NCBI RefSeq assembly: GCF_009914755.1 | Contig: NC_060931.1 | DNA length: 64,000 bases | Reading direction: 5' to 3' (one strand) | From: the human T2T-CHM13v2.0 reference genome, Homo sapiens | Shown: piece by piece, positions 48,347 through 61,573 of the stretch | Layout of the letters: every line of letters starts with the position of its first letter | Position numbering within the stretch: position 1 is the stretch's first letter | Notes under the pieces: generated by a model | The model's input: only the letters and a program-made list of their open reading frames with translations | The model's database searches: none | What the model was told of the DNA's origin: nothing | Position numbers and translations under genes: made by a program

Positions 48347-50025
48347 ATAAATGGCAGCTTTAATAAATTCCTAACTATGTAAATTTCTACATTGCTGACA
48401 TATATTAATGCTATTGATTTTTTAATACGGATCTTACATCAAACCAAATTATAAAACTTATTAATGTTAATAATTTGTCGGTGTTTTTTATAATAAACCT
48501 TCTGTATAATAATAATGAGACTTTAATATCTCCATTTTCCAGGCTTATACCATTGTTTAATCTTATACCTGACCAGACCTTTTAAAAAAATAGTACTGGT
48601 GATAGTGAACATTATTTCCTCGTTAAAGGAAATACTTCCAAGTTTTCACAAAATAATGTTTCCTTGAGTTTTTAGAATATTTTTAATTAAGGAAATTTCC
48701 TTCCTTTTCTAGACTGCAGAGTTCTTTTTCTCTAATGCACACATTTTGAATTTTACCAAATACTGTGTACATTCATTTATAAAATCAAATTATTTTTCTC
48801 CATTAATCTGTTAATGTGATTAATTATTTAATTAATTTTCTGACATTAAATCATTCTTGCATTTCTAGAATGATACACAACTTGGTCATATATTTCGTTC
48901 ATATATTTTAGATATTTTGTTTCTAATGTTAATATTTTGTTGCATAATTTTGCATTTATGTTTATTAATAAAATTAGTTTCCAATACTCTTTTGTATGAC
49001 TTTTCTAGTTTTGATATCAAGATTAAGATTGAGTCTTAGAATGAATCCTGATATATTCTCTTTTTCCAATATCTGGAAATTTGTAAGATATCAAAATTAT
49101 TTGTTCCTGGAAATTTTGGTAGAACTCTCTGATAAACCATCCTGAGCTTTTGAGTTACTCTTCATTTTTAAATAGTGATCCAATATTTTTAATGTTTATT
49201 GACCATTCAGATATTATACATTCTTGAGTCAGCTTTTCAAATTATATTTTCTAGGAATTTGTCTACTTCATCTAAAATTTTGTACTCAACTTTTTCAGTG
49301 AGATACATAACTCAAAAAAAGGTATACATTATATAGTTATATATTGAGCAGCCTGTCTTGCCTTTCAGTCCTCATTTTTTTCTCCTGCAGCCCCAAAGAA
49401 TTACTTTTTAAAATTCTTCCAGCATTTCTTTATGCAAACACTACACATGGAAACGTGTATTCTTATTTAATCTCTTTCTAACAATAAATTTTCACAAATT
49501 CTGTACCCTGGGTGTGGATGCAAAGAAGAGAGGGACACCTGGAAGGTGTTCAGAATGGAATCAATCCACCCAGGAAATGGGTCACAGGCAGCGTGCCCGT
49601 GGCTGTGGCTGTGACTGAGCCTGTGCCTGTGACCGTGGCCAGGGAGCCACTTCAGCAGCAGCAGCCAGCAGCCTCACAGAGTCTAAGAGGGGAGTGGGGC
49701 AGGGGTGCTCACAGTCCTCCACGTGCTCTCACACAAGGTGAAGTGGACCAGCTTAGGCCTCTTCCTAATTCTTGTTCGGGGGATTTTGCAGTCCTTGAAT
49801 TTTCATAAGAAGTGATATAAGGAGATGTTAGAGGAGGAAGTCAACAGGCAGGGTGGAACCCTCCAAGAGCACCTGCTGTACAGCCGAGGGAGCACTGCCC
49901 AGCCTCCTGCCTGACACTAACTTTGTCTGCACAATAGTCAGGCATAGACAGTCACGGCAGGATGAAAAAATGAAAAGTGAGAGGTCAAATATAAAAAAAA
50001 AACAAAAAGAAAAAAACTGGAAATC

Positions 50026-50675
50026 TGTGCTAGTCAGAATAATGCCCCTCCTCCCACAAACGTCCACTTCCTAATGGAACTTGTAAATATGCTCATTACA
50101 TGGCAAAGGGAATTAAGGTTGCAGATGAATTAAGTTTGCTAATCAGCTGACTTTAAAATTGGGAGATTAGGCTGGGTATGGTTCACTACTACGAGAACAG
50201 TATGCGGGAAACCACCCCCATGATTCAATTATCTCCCACTGAGTCCCTCCCACAACACATGGGAATTATGGGAGCTACAATTCAAGATGAGATTTGGGTG
50301 GGGATATAGCCAAACTATATCAACATCTATACATATTGGGAGATTACCCTGGATCATCTGCGTGAAGCCGCTGTAATCACAGGAGTCCTGAAAAGCAGAA
50401 GAGAGAGGCAGAAGAGATTGATTTCGTGAGACATGGACTTTGAAGATCCACAAGCCAAGGAATATAAGCAGCCTCCAGAAAGTGGAAGAGGCAAGGAAAT
50501 AGATTCCCCCTGGGGCTTCCAGAAAAAAAACACAGGCCTGCCGGCATTGTTATGTTAGTCCAGTGAGACCTGGGTTGGACTTCTACCCTAAAGAACCTTA
50601 GCATAATAAATCTGTGTGGTTTTAAGTCACTAAATTTGTGGTAGTTTTTTACAGTAACAATAGGAAATGGATGCA
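50026..50675 (+). mobile_element. MLT1D solo LTR, interrupted
   Basis: ttacatggcaaaggg...aggttgcagatg...gctaatcagctgac...ttttaagtcactaaatttgtggtag. Confidence 0.85.
50182..50322 (-). mobile_element. THE1 LTR fragment (5' 140 bp only)
   Basis: ccatgattcaattatctcccactg...gagatttgggtgggg...agccaaactatatca. Confidence 0.9.
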
Positions 50676-50710
50676 AAACTGATATATTTAATTTTAATTT
50701 CTTATCATTA

Positions 50711-50949
50711 CAGTTGTCCCTTGAACAACACAGGTTTGAACGGCACAGGTCCATTTATATTGTGAATTTTTTTTTCAACCAAACGTGGACTGAAAATACA
50801 GTATTCATAAGATGCAAGACCCAAATATATAGCGGGCCACCTTTTCATATAGGGGATCTGAGGGGGCACCTGTAGGACTTGAGTAGGTGTGGATTTTGGT
50901 GTATGCAGAGATCTTAAAGCCCATCCCAAAGCCTGCTGAGGGACAACAG
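50711..50949. mobile_element. MER8 (Tigger2-derived MITE)
   Basis: TA|cagttgtcccttgaacaacac...gagggacaacag, about 240 bp with inverted ends. Confidence 0.85.
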
Positions 50950-53900
50950 TGTTTGTTAAACACGATGAGTCATAATTCTGCATCCAGACATTTAGGGGGC
51001 TCTGGAGTTCTAACGGCTCTTGTGCATTTTCTCCTTGCACAGATCAGGGATGCAGTAAAACACTTTTTGAAGTTTAATCATAAAAAAAATAACACCCAGC
51101 TCAGGTGAACAGTTTTTCACACATGGAATATGTACAGTGGAAAGTAAGAACTCACTCCCACATGAGTCCCCAGCCCTGGTCCCCATTCCCAAAAGCAACC
51201 ATTCTTGCCATTTTCACATGTATCCCACCATGCATTTTCTGTTCGTAAACAATACATGTGTCTATTACCTTTTTGAGGGGGTGACAAAATATATATGCCT
51301 GTTGGAATATATGTATATAAAATATAAATAATTTGCATTTAATTATTTATTTGTAATTAACAAATAATAATTACGTCTATTTACAGGGTACAATGTGATT
51401 TTTTGTTCTACGTATACATACATTTTTAAATAAGCTTTTTTACTTGTGTCTGCATTTTTACTTGTATTTCTGATTTATGAAAAATATATCAATCTAAAAT
51501 GTATCTATGTTAAGTCAATGCATGCGGCATTCAAAGTTGAGTTTTGGTCTAATGCTATGTTAAGGTTATTGGTGTGAATTAAAACTAGGCTCCCACACAC
51601 TTAATACAAGTGAGGTAGACCTATTCAAAGGCTATTTAAACAAGGAGGCTTCCAGGGCAAAATTACTTCTAGAAAGAGAAGGAGTTGGTCAGAAATGCCT
51701 ACAAATAAAGGCATAGCAGGTGATGAAGAAAAGCAATTTTAAGTTTGAATAGAATCCCTCACAGTAATTCACCCAACCTGACACATCAGGGACTCCTATC
51801 CAACTCCCAGTGAGAAGGGGAGACGTAAATTCAAATGTAAATGGCTATTTTCACTCTATACTATGTAAGGCATCAGGGTTCAAGCCAATAGCTCTTTGCT
51901 AACCCTCAAATTAAGCATACCACAAAGGCAAGAGATCTTCCCAGTTCAACACAGAGCACAGCATGGCTTCAAGTACATTGAAAGTTCCAAAAATACAGTG
52001 ACAATGTTGGCATTTGGGTAAATTTGAACCTACTGAGGCCTTATGCAGAGACAACAGAGGCATCGCACAGCAGCAGCAGAGGTGTGTGATAGTGGAGGCA
52101 ACCTGGCAATGGTGAGAGGGCATGAGGAACACAGTGATTGGGAAACGGGCAGTGACAAGATGTGGCCTCACAAAGCTCCGTGCACTGCAATACAATGTCC
52201 TGGAACAGATCCCTGGATTCTCAGGCCTGTGACTGACACTAGTGAACAACAGGAACGGGAGGGAGGTGACAATCTACCTTTGCATGCTAGAAAAATACCG
52301 GATGGCATGTTGATGTTTCTGGGGGACAGGAGCAGGAGAGAAGAAAGCTGAGGGACAACAGAGACTTCCTACAGCATCAGACAGACTAACAGCCAAACAA
52401 CAGAGTTCAGCCCGATCAAAATCACCCTGTTCGTACTTGCTTAACCCAGCTGGTTGGAGAAACATGGTTTACACATACAATTTCTGGATTTTTTTGTACG
52501 GATTTTAGTAATGATATCAGATTGCCCAAAACTGCTGATCTGTGACAAACTGTTAGCTTTAGGGACTTCAGTCTCAATCCACCATCTTCTATTGCCAAAA
52601 CTATGAAAGAATGAGTTTAAATGTCAAAAGACATTCCTGTTAGCAGAGTAATATTCCCTCTAAAGCAGGGGAGGTGGAAGAGTTGGCCAACGGCATACGA
52701 GTGAGGATGCCAATCAATCGTAAAAAAGACGAGTTTCTCTCCTTATGGCTTTACCAATTGCTTTTCACGGACCTTAATGCTTTATATGGTTTATCATTAT
52801 TAAACTATTTCTTCTATTCTCTGTGGGCAGAAAAAGAAATTGCCAGGTTAAATTGCACCATACAACTTTCACTACATTATTAGTCTGTGAGTATTGTACC
52901 CTCTGGCATTCAGAACTTCAAGAACCTTTTATTCTTACATATTAACAATTTTACTGTTGACTTCACACAGAAACGTCACATCAATTTTTCTGGATTAGTA
53001 GTGTAGGTTAAAAGAATAAATTCAAAGACAAAGGATCCAGGCATGCATTTGGTCTTTTTCCTCCTTGCCAAATGTTATACTTCTGCAGAAAAACACATGA
53101 GGAAAAGGCTTTTAGTCAAATAAAAATTCAAAGATCCAGAAAAACCAGAATATGGAATTAGATTTTGTTTAAAAGTACTATTTCTGTCTTGCCTAATTGT
53201 ACATAAATTACCCATTTTCTGTTTAATTTTTCTCATTACAAAATAAATGTATTTTTTTCAATTTAAAATCTGAACCATACAAATAAAAATGGTAAGAAAA
53301 AAAACACTAAATTGCTATTGCTCAAAATCAATCATTTCCAAGATTTTGAAATATTTCTTTTAAATATTTTTCTACACTGTTAAAATAGCTAAACTCTATG
53401 CTTAGAATACATGCAGATATGCAATTGGTTCTGTGATTTTTAGTTAATATATACAAGAATTTCTCCATGTTATTATAAATTCCTTGCAAGCATTTTAAAT
53501 GCAATACTTTTCTCATCAACTAGAATTTACTTAATTCCCATTTGTTGAACATCTAATGGTGGCCCCCCCATGTATCTCCACTAATAATGCTAAAATAGAC
53601 ATTTTTGTGCATCAAGCTTTTTTCTTGATTTTACTTATTTTCTTAGAATTCTTTCTAGGACATAAAATTATTAATAAAATGTTTGAAATATGTTTAAATA
53701 TCTTGCCAACTTACTTTCTAGTAAAATTGAAATAAATGGCACTGTTACTGGGCATGCATATAATGGCTTCCTTTCAGTTTAATTATTCCCTACCATGGGT
53801 TCAATAATTTAAGGGAAAAAAAATGGCTTGCTAGTTTGATGGATTAAAGACAATTATCATAGTTGTTTCAATAACTTGTATGATAACCTGAATTGTAAGT

Positions 53901-53989
53901 TGCCAATGAGAACAAACATCTCTATAAAATTATTTGCTAGTTAGCTTGGCCCAAGGCAAAGATGAAGGAAGTAACAATCTATTTGGAAG

Positions 53990-54230
53990 GTGTCCTCGGG
54001 GGTGCGAGTGGGAGCTAGGGAGAGATGCCAGGAGATGATGCACTGGGGATCCGGCTAGAAGGAGCCTCGAAGGGGGGCACAGCAGAACACTAAGCAAATA
54101 TGATTGTTAGAAACGCAGAAATTCTCCAATGCAGGAAAGAAAGGCACCTTGGAAGAGAGAAAGGACAGCCTGCGGCTCGTCCAGCGGGACTCCGGCAGGT
54201 GAGTCCAGCAGGAGGGCGGGCGGAAGGAGG
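53990..54230 (+). promoter_or_regulatory. Small GC/CpG-enriched candidate promoter or first exon with a strong splice donor
   Basis: Local CpG cluster in unique sequence, CAG|GTGAGT at 54198/54199, GC box and ETS-like gggcgggcggaag at about 54214. Confidence 0.4.
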
Positions 54231-54599
54231 CTGCCTCAACTCTGAAAAGACACACCCAGGTATTAGCTAGATCTCTGTCTCTGCGATTCTGTTTATATTC
54301 TTTCCACAATTCCTCTTACTGGAATATTGAGGGGAGAAAACAGATTGATGAAAAACGTGCAAAGCCAGATTACTTAACAGTTCGCTTTCGCAAGTCTGAA
54401 CACTGAAAGACAGTAGGTAATATTCCTTAGAGTAGAGGAGAAAGTAATGTAAACCTGGAGTTCTTCCCTCACCCAAGATGGTGTTATCAGGTTAAGGTGA
54501 CAGATAAATATTTTTTGGTATGAATAATCCAAACAATATATCAGGCTTAAGTTCTTCCTGAAAGAAAAATGTTCAATCACTTAAAAGAGAACAGTATAA

Positions 54600-54934
<335 letters not shown>

Positions 54935-55921
54935 TTACAAGAGAAGTTTGACTATGAGCACTTATTTTTATATCTGTGGACCCCTATAGGCTCTCCTGGT
55001 TGGTGTAATTTTTTGGCATAACTTAACTAACAGATTTCGAATACTTCTAGAACTTACCTACCCAGTGCCTCAGTTGTTTTTAAATATTTTTAAACATGAG
55101 TTATTAGACATTCTGCCTTCCAGTTTTCCAATTTTTAAACACTTAATTGGGCTTATGCATCACATGTTTTAACTTCATAGATTTTTCTTTCAAACAAAAA
55201 CATTTTATAATCAGTCCTGTGGCTCCGTTTAGATTAATTGCTTGATGTTTTACATTTTGACTGATTTCAGTGATCTTGGCTCCTCTTTTCTGCTCATAAT
55301 TTCCCCATTTCTTTATTGTACATTGACTCATTTTTATTGTTCTGGGGAAAATACTCAAGGGCTTGATTAGAAGAGGCAGTTTTGTATTCAGTACTCCTTT
55401 AGCATCTGAAAATACTGTCGTGATTTTCTCCACAAACGGAAAGTTCCTGGCTCTTGCTTTGCTCACAGTTTTTCCCTCAGAGATGTGTGGCTGCCCCTCC
55501 AATGCCTCCCACTGGTGTTCCTGAGAGCTGTGACACTGTTTTCTGTTCCTTTATGCATAATCTGATGCTTTTTATATTTTTTAGGAGACTTTAAATTTAT
55601 CTATAATTTTTTCAGTGCACAGTGCTCACTGCTTCCATTGCGACTTTAAATTCAAGAATCATATTCTTAAACTCTGTGACTACAACAATCATACCCATCA
55701 TTTTTTGAGTGTTCCTGACCAAATCCAGGCACTGGGCTAGGTGGCATTTACCCAGAATCACACAGCCTATCAAGAAATTTGAACCAGGGTTTTGAAACCA
55801 ATCTACCCACCTCGAAAGCCTATGCTCTGACCACCTCTCTCCATAACATTGAGTACTGGGATCAGTATTAGTTTATCTCAGATTGTCCTATTTTCAGAAA
55901 GTCTTTCTCTAGATCAGAGGT

Positions 55922-56463
55922 TATGATGTTTCATTTTATGTGTCAACTTGACTGAACCATGGGATGTCCATATATTTGGTTAAACTTATTTCTGGGTGTG
56001 TCTGTGAAGGTGTTTCTGGATGGGATTAAAATTCAAATTGGTGAACTGAGTAAAGCACCTTGCCCTCCCCAGTATGGATGGGCCTCATCCAATCCCTTGA
56101 GGGCCAATAGAACAAAAGGAGTGAGGAAGAATTTGCTTCTCTGCCTGTATTTGAGCTGGGTGGGACACTGGTCTCCTGCTTTTGAACTCAGATTCAACTA
56201 AACCACAGTTTTTCTTGGGTATCTAGCTTGCTGCCTGCAGATTGTAAGACTCCTCAGCCTCTGTAATCATATAATAATAAGCCGATTCCTTATAATACAT
56301 GTATGATAATATCTGTATCATACATAGATACAGATAGAGAGGTGGTATATGTATAACTATAGATACGGATATGGATAGGCTAGAGCTAGAGATATAAATA
56401 GTTATAAATACAGATAGATACATCCTATTGGTTCTGCTCCTCTGGATAACCCAGATTAATACA
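55922..56463 (+). mobile_element. MLT2 (D/B-like) ERVL solo LTR
   Basis: ttttatgtgtcaacttgactg...cctattggttctg...attaataca; TSD gaggt/gagat. Confidence 0.88.
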
Positions 56464-58013
56464 GAGATAACATAGCATCAGTAGATTGGTTTTAGGGAGG
56501 CTATAAAACTCCTCAAAATAAAAAACTATTTCTCCATGCAAAAATATGTCTGTGTGTGTATATTGGCATCTGTATTTTTCTGGTTGAACATCCTTAATTT
56601 TAGTAAGATTCTCAAAGTGTTCTCTCATTGAATACTAAGAAACAAAGTTAGAGATTCTGTTTTATTTTAAATCTTGTGGAGGATAAGAATTTTGTATTTT
56701 CAACATTTTCTCCTTTCCCTTTAGTAATTCAAGGTTATCAAGGACTCTGATTTTTCAAAAAAAAATCTTTCAGAAAAAATATTTTGAATTAGTTACACTT
56801 CAAGTCCCCCCTTTCCTTTAATCTGTTGTCAAAAATACAGATTTATACCTGTCCAGTTAGGGCTTACATGTAGTAGAAATATAAACATGTCCTGAGAAGA
56901 AAATATGAATAGATCCTGTTCAGATTTTCATAGTGCTCATGTGGTTTCTTCTTGGTCTGAGTGAGAGAACTACAGACAAGTAAATGAAGGCAGGTTAACA
57001 TTTCTATTCAGATGTCTGAAGGGGCTTTGGGGGCATTTTTCTAGAGATTTTCTCTCCATGGCAGCTTGAGTGTGGTACAGATAAAGATTCCACACTGGTG
57101 TGCTTCATGACACTATTTATACTGGAGGTCCTGGAGTCTGAATCCTGCCAGCCACACACAGGAGAGAGCCAGAGAGTCAGCCTCCAACGCCCTCAGTGCC
57201 CTGTAAGGGCCTTCCAGGGACTGCCTTAGGCTTATTCTTTTCTCGTAGCAGGGGCTAGCTCCCCAGCTCGCTGACTTCAGTTTGACTCCATTGACGGTAA
57301 ATGTAGCAGAAATTATTTCACTTTCTTAAATAAGATACCTATTCCTAATTTCCAACATTGATGAAGATTTTCGGCATGTGAAGGAATCTCGCCAGTCATT
57401 TGAATGAGTGAGTAGGAGGGGACAGGACCCAGTCACACTTTCCGTCTTGAAACTGGCTTGCCCCTTTGTTATCCCGTCATGGATCCCGTACCATGCAAAC
57501 TGCATTTATTCACTAAGGATTCCACTAACATGGGAAGAAAAGTATGCATTCCCTGTCACTGTGGAGGACTATTAGACAGTTCTTTTTTTAAGTTCATATT
57601 TCTTCAATTGAATTTGACCTCTAAGCAGGAAGACTCTCATAAAACTGGTTTTTCTCACCGCTGCTTGAAGTAGTAGCTGTCTGAGTTAGGATTTGTTCAA
57701 GTAATGGAATCTTGACTGTCTTTTATGTTATCTTTAGTACACAGGCTGAAGGCTTTATCTTTATCAGTGTCATGATTCTAACAACAAAATAGCTCTCGCT
57801 AACATATAGTGACAGGTAAATCATTTAAAAACAATTGTACAAAAAGTTTCTTCCAGTTGTGATTATCTTTCTTAATAGTAATTCCTAAACCTGTCTATTT
57901 TAATGATTCATGAAATCACTCTGTAATACTAATAAACCATGTACCGTCAATACTTTCCAATTTTACAGTGGTTATAAACCTAAAAAAAATGTTCTTTTTC
58001 CTCTTCTCACCAG

Positions 58014-58131
58014 GTGAAGAAATAACAGGTCAGGTTTATGCTATCCATAAAATAAGTAAAAACAGAAAACCTCATACAATTGAAATTGATTATTTTGTTA
58101 TTTCAACAGTAGCAACAGCGCCTGAATTCAG
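58014..58131 (+). other. Candidate plus-strand exon
   Basis: Strong acceptor ttctttttcctcttctcaccag|, weak donor CAG|GTAGAA, one open frame. Confidence 0.25.
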
Positions 58132-58499
58132 GTAGAATGTCTTACAATAGAACTATTTGAGAGGGTTCAGTGAGAAAAAGGAAAAAATATGAAACATTTT
58201 TCTTATCCACACAATTGTTTTACATAATTTTTATTAATGTATCTTTATTATTGTCTTATGTAATAGATGAACAGAAATGCATGTTGGACCAAGAGATGCA
58301 GAGCAAAATTCTGCATCTATTCCTACTTATCATCTAAGATAAGAGAAAAATTAGAGAGGCAGTAATCTAAACATTTATCTAAAGAAGGTCTTCCCATCTT
58401 TAAAACCATAGGTCATTGACTTAACTAATCCCTGTTCTGAGTTTGTTGTTTATCAATTGCTTTTTGAGAATCTATAGATTTAAAGACCAATAATTTTCT

Positions 58500-60660
58500 C
58501 ACCTTCCATGCAAAGATATTAAAGAAGAGCCCAAGTGACACAGGTGTGGATAAATAATTATAACAGAATACAGTAAATGAAATAATAGAAGTATGCAAAT
58601 TCTACACAGTACTATGCATAAATGAATAATTAGCTTTCTGCTGGGAAAGTCCCTGTAAGTGATAAGGAGGCTAAGGAGAAGGTGTAGCAGTTGGCATGAT
58701 TAGTTGACATGATAATGTGCAGATGACTTCAACAACTAGAGGGCTCTTAGCATATATAACTTTGAGGGAAGTGGTCAGGGATGGCAGGCAATATTTAAAG
58801 AGAAGTAGTCAAGGCTGTGTCATAAAAGTCACTGCAGAAGGTGGAACTTACATGATGGAAGCCAGCAGTTGGCTTTAAGCAGAGCACTGATTTAGTCATA
58901 TATGCATTTTATTGTAGTATGGATATTGAATAAAAGGCCACAGAGGTGAAACAAAGGGCACAAGAATCAGGTAGGGCACTGCCATAAGCTAATGAGAAAG
59001 ATCTTCAAGAAGGTAATAACTATGAGAATTAAAGGACAAAATAGAATTCAGCAATGAAATGGCATTGTAAAGACAGGGTTGATGTGGAATGAGAAGGAGA
59101 AGGGCAGAATTTAAGAAGATTCCTAGAAGCCTGGCTTGAGAAATTGCATGAGCAGTCTTGGCATTCACAAACACTGGCAGTATAGAAAGAGATGTTTGTT
59201 TATTGAGGGAGACAATAAATTAATTTGGAAATTGCAATAAGCAATCTGTGGCACAGCCAGGTACAGATATGTTTTATTTGTTATTTATAAATCTGAATGA
59301 ACGTGTTTATTTGCTGAAAACTTACACTTTGAAGAAAATAATAAAGATATATTAAAAGCATCGATTTATGAATCATAACAAGTACTTTTTAATCTTTTCT
59401 GTGGAAAGGTATGACAACAGTTCCTACACTATCAAAACACTAATCTAATTTTAACTGCATCAATTTCATTCAACAGACATTTATTATGAACTTCCTACAT
59501 AATATGGAACATGCTAGGGCAGTAGAGAAGCAGAGATGATTAAGAAATAGTCTTTGCCCCCAAAGCATGTAGTCTTGTGGGGGTGTGGGGATCAAAAAAT
59601 GACTAAGGATTCAACATATTCAGAGCTGCAAAAAAGGTGCTGAGGAATCACAAAGGGACAGGGCCCAGGGAGGTGGCGGGTGAGCCAGGGCTCCCCTCTG
59701 GCCCAGCAGAGATGAGGATGCAATTTTCTGAGCATTCAGGCTTTAAGTGTCAAAATCAGGAAGTAGATAGGGAAGAAATTTGTCAAGCCTACATCCCAAG
59801 GTTCTTTCAGGAGGAAACCTGGGCATGCCAAGAGGTGTGAGCTATGAGTGGGTTTGTATAGAAAGCCATCCATCTGGGAGGCTTGTTCTCACAACCTGGC
59901 ATCAAACTCCCCTTAGCCTGATGCGGTAAAGAGTTTGCATCTGTGTTCTTAGCCTTCACAGGTATTTTAGTGGAAGGTTTGGAAAGGCTGCTTTAAAAAT
60001 ACTATGTTTTACACTGAATACATAACTTTGAATTTTAAGACATTCTGCCCCAGAAACATTTTTCTAAACATAAAAAAGTCAATGCAGAAAACATAAAACA
60101 TTGATGCATATGACTACATTAGCATTAAACATTTTCGTGCTATTAGTTAAAAAGAAAAGAGTTTGGTCAAGTATTTTTTTAAAAGCATATAAATACCATT
60201 GTAAATTATATATTATTTCAAATCAATAAGAAAGAACTGAATATCCTTATGACAAAATGTCCCGAAGGACATGACTCATGCTTATATTTCTTGAATAGGG
60301 AACTGGATGAATAACAGGGTCACAAACTGAGATGGAGAATATAGGAGGGTAACAAGGCTTATAGAAGGAAGTGATGAATTCAGCTTTGTTCCAGGTTGAA
60401 GGAACAAATGTGAAATTCTTAAGCTATATGTGAATTCTTAACTGGAATCCATGAACTCCCAAAAAGGATGAGAGCTCTGTGAGGATGAGATGAATCAGAG
60501 AAATTGCATATACTTGGAACAATAGAACAGAGACGAAATACTAGCATTTAAAGGGCGAGAAAGAATTTGGGGGCCTTTAAAGAAAAAAGAAGCAGAAACC
60601 ACGGCAATTCAAGGAGAGGCTGAGAGAACAAGGTCATGGAGACAACAGACAGATGCTCGG
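58500..60660 (-). mobile_element. L2 fragments, with a small L1M piece at about 60040-60280
   Basis: L2 3' end tcattcaacagacatttatt...; gagatggagaatatagg...tgatgaattcagcttt. Confidence 0.6.
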
Positions 60661-60687
60661 GGGTAAGGGATGTGCCCTAATTTACAG

Positions 60688-61573
60688 TGTCAAACTCTCT
60701 AAATTATATAAAGAGGTTTATTCTCAGCCAAACATGAGTGACCAAGGCCTGAGGCTTAGTCTCAAGAAGTCCTGAGAACATGTGTCCAAAGTGGTTGGGC
60801 TATAGCTTGGTTTTATCAGTTTTACGGAGACATAAGACATCTATCAATACAAGAAGGTATACATTGATTCACTCCAGAAAGGTGGGACAACTTGAAACAG
60901 GGGAGCTCCCATGTCATAGGTGCATTCAAAGATTTTCTGATTGGCAATTGGTTGAAAGAGTTAAGTTATTATCCAAAGACCTGGAATCAATATGAAAGTG
61001 TGTCTGGATTAAGATAAGGAGTTTTAGAGACCAAGATTCTTATCATGTAGATGAAGCCTTCAGGTAGCAGGCTTCAGAGACAATCATAGTAAATGTCCCT
61101 TACCAGACTTAAGAAGGTGCTAGACTCTTAGTCTTTCCTGGATCAGGAAAAGACCCGGAAAGGGAAGAGGCTTCTCTATAGAATGTAGATTTTCCCCACA
61201 AGAGACAGCTTTGCAGAACCATTTCAAAATATGCCAAAGAAATCTATTTTGGGGTAAAATACTTTGATTTCTTTCAGGACCTGCTATCTGTCATGTGATG
61301 CTATAGTAGAGTCAGGTTGGACTTTGGTATCTCATTGCTACAAAGAGTCTGTTTTGTTAGTCTTAAGATCTCTGTTTTAACGTGAATGCTGGTCAGTTGT
61401 GCCTGGATTCCAAAGAAAGGGGAGTGTAATGAGGCCTGTCTCACCTCCCTTTCCATCATGGTCTGCGCTAGTTTTTCAGGGTTACTTTGGGATGCCCTTG
61501 GCCTAAGGGAGGAATCCATTCAGTTGGTTAGGGTTGGGTGAGAGGGGGCGTTGAATTTTATTTTTTGTTTACA
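60688..61573 (-). mobile_element. MER4D-like ERV1 solo LTR, about 890 bp
   Basis: gaggtttattctcagcc...ttttctgattggcaattggttgaaag...gaattttattttttgtttaca. Confidence 0.85.

Noticed and set aside
51043-51103. Plus-strand AG...GT pseudo-exon; a similar one lies at 57249-57296
   Set aside because: Weak donors and no supporting frame; such signals are common by chance.
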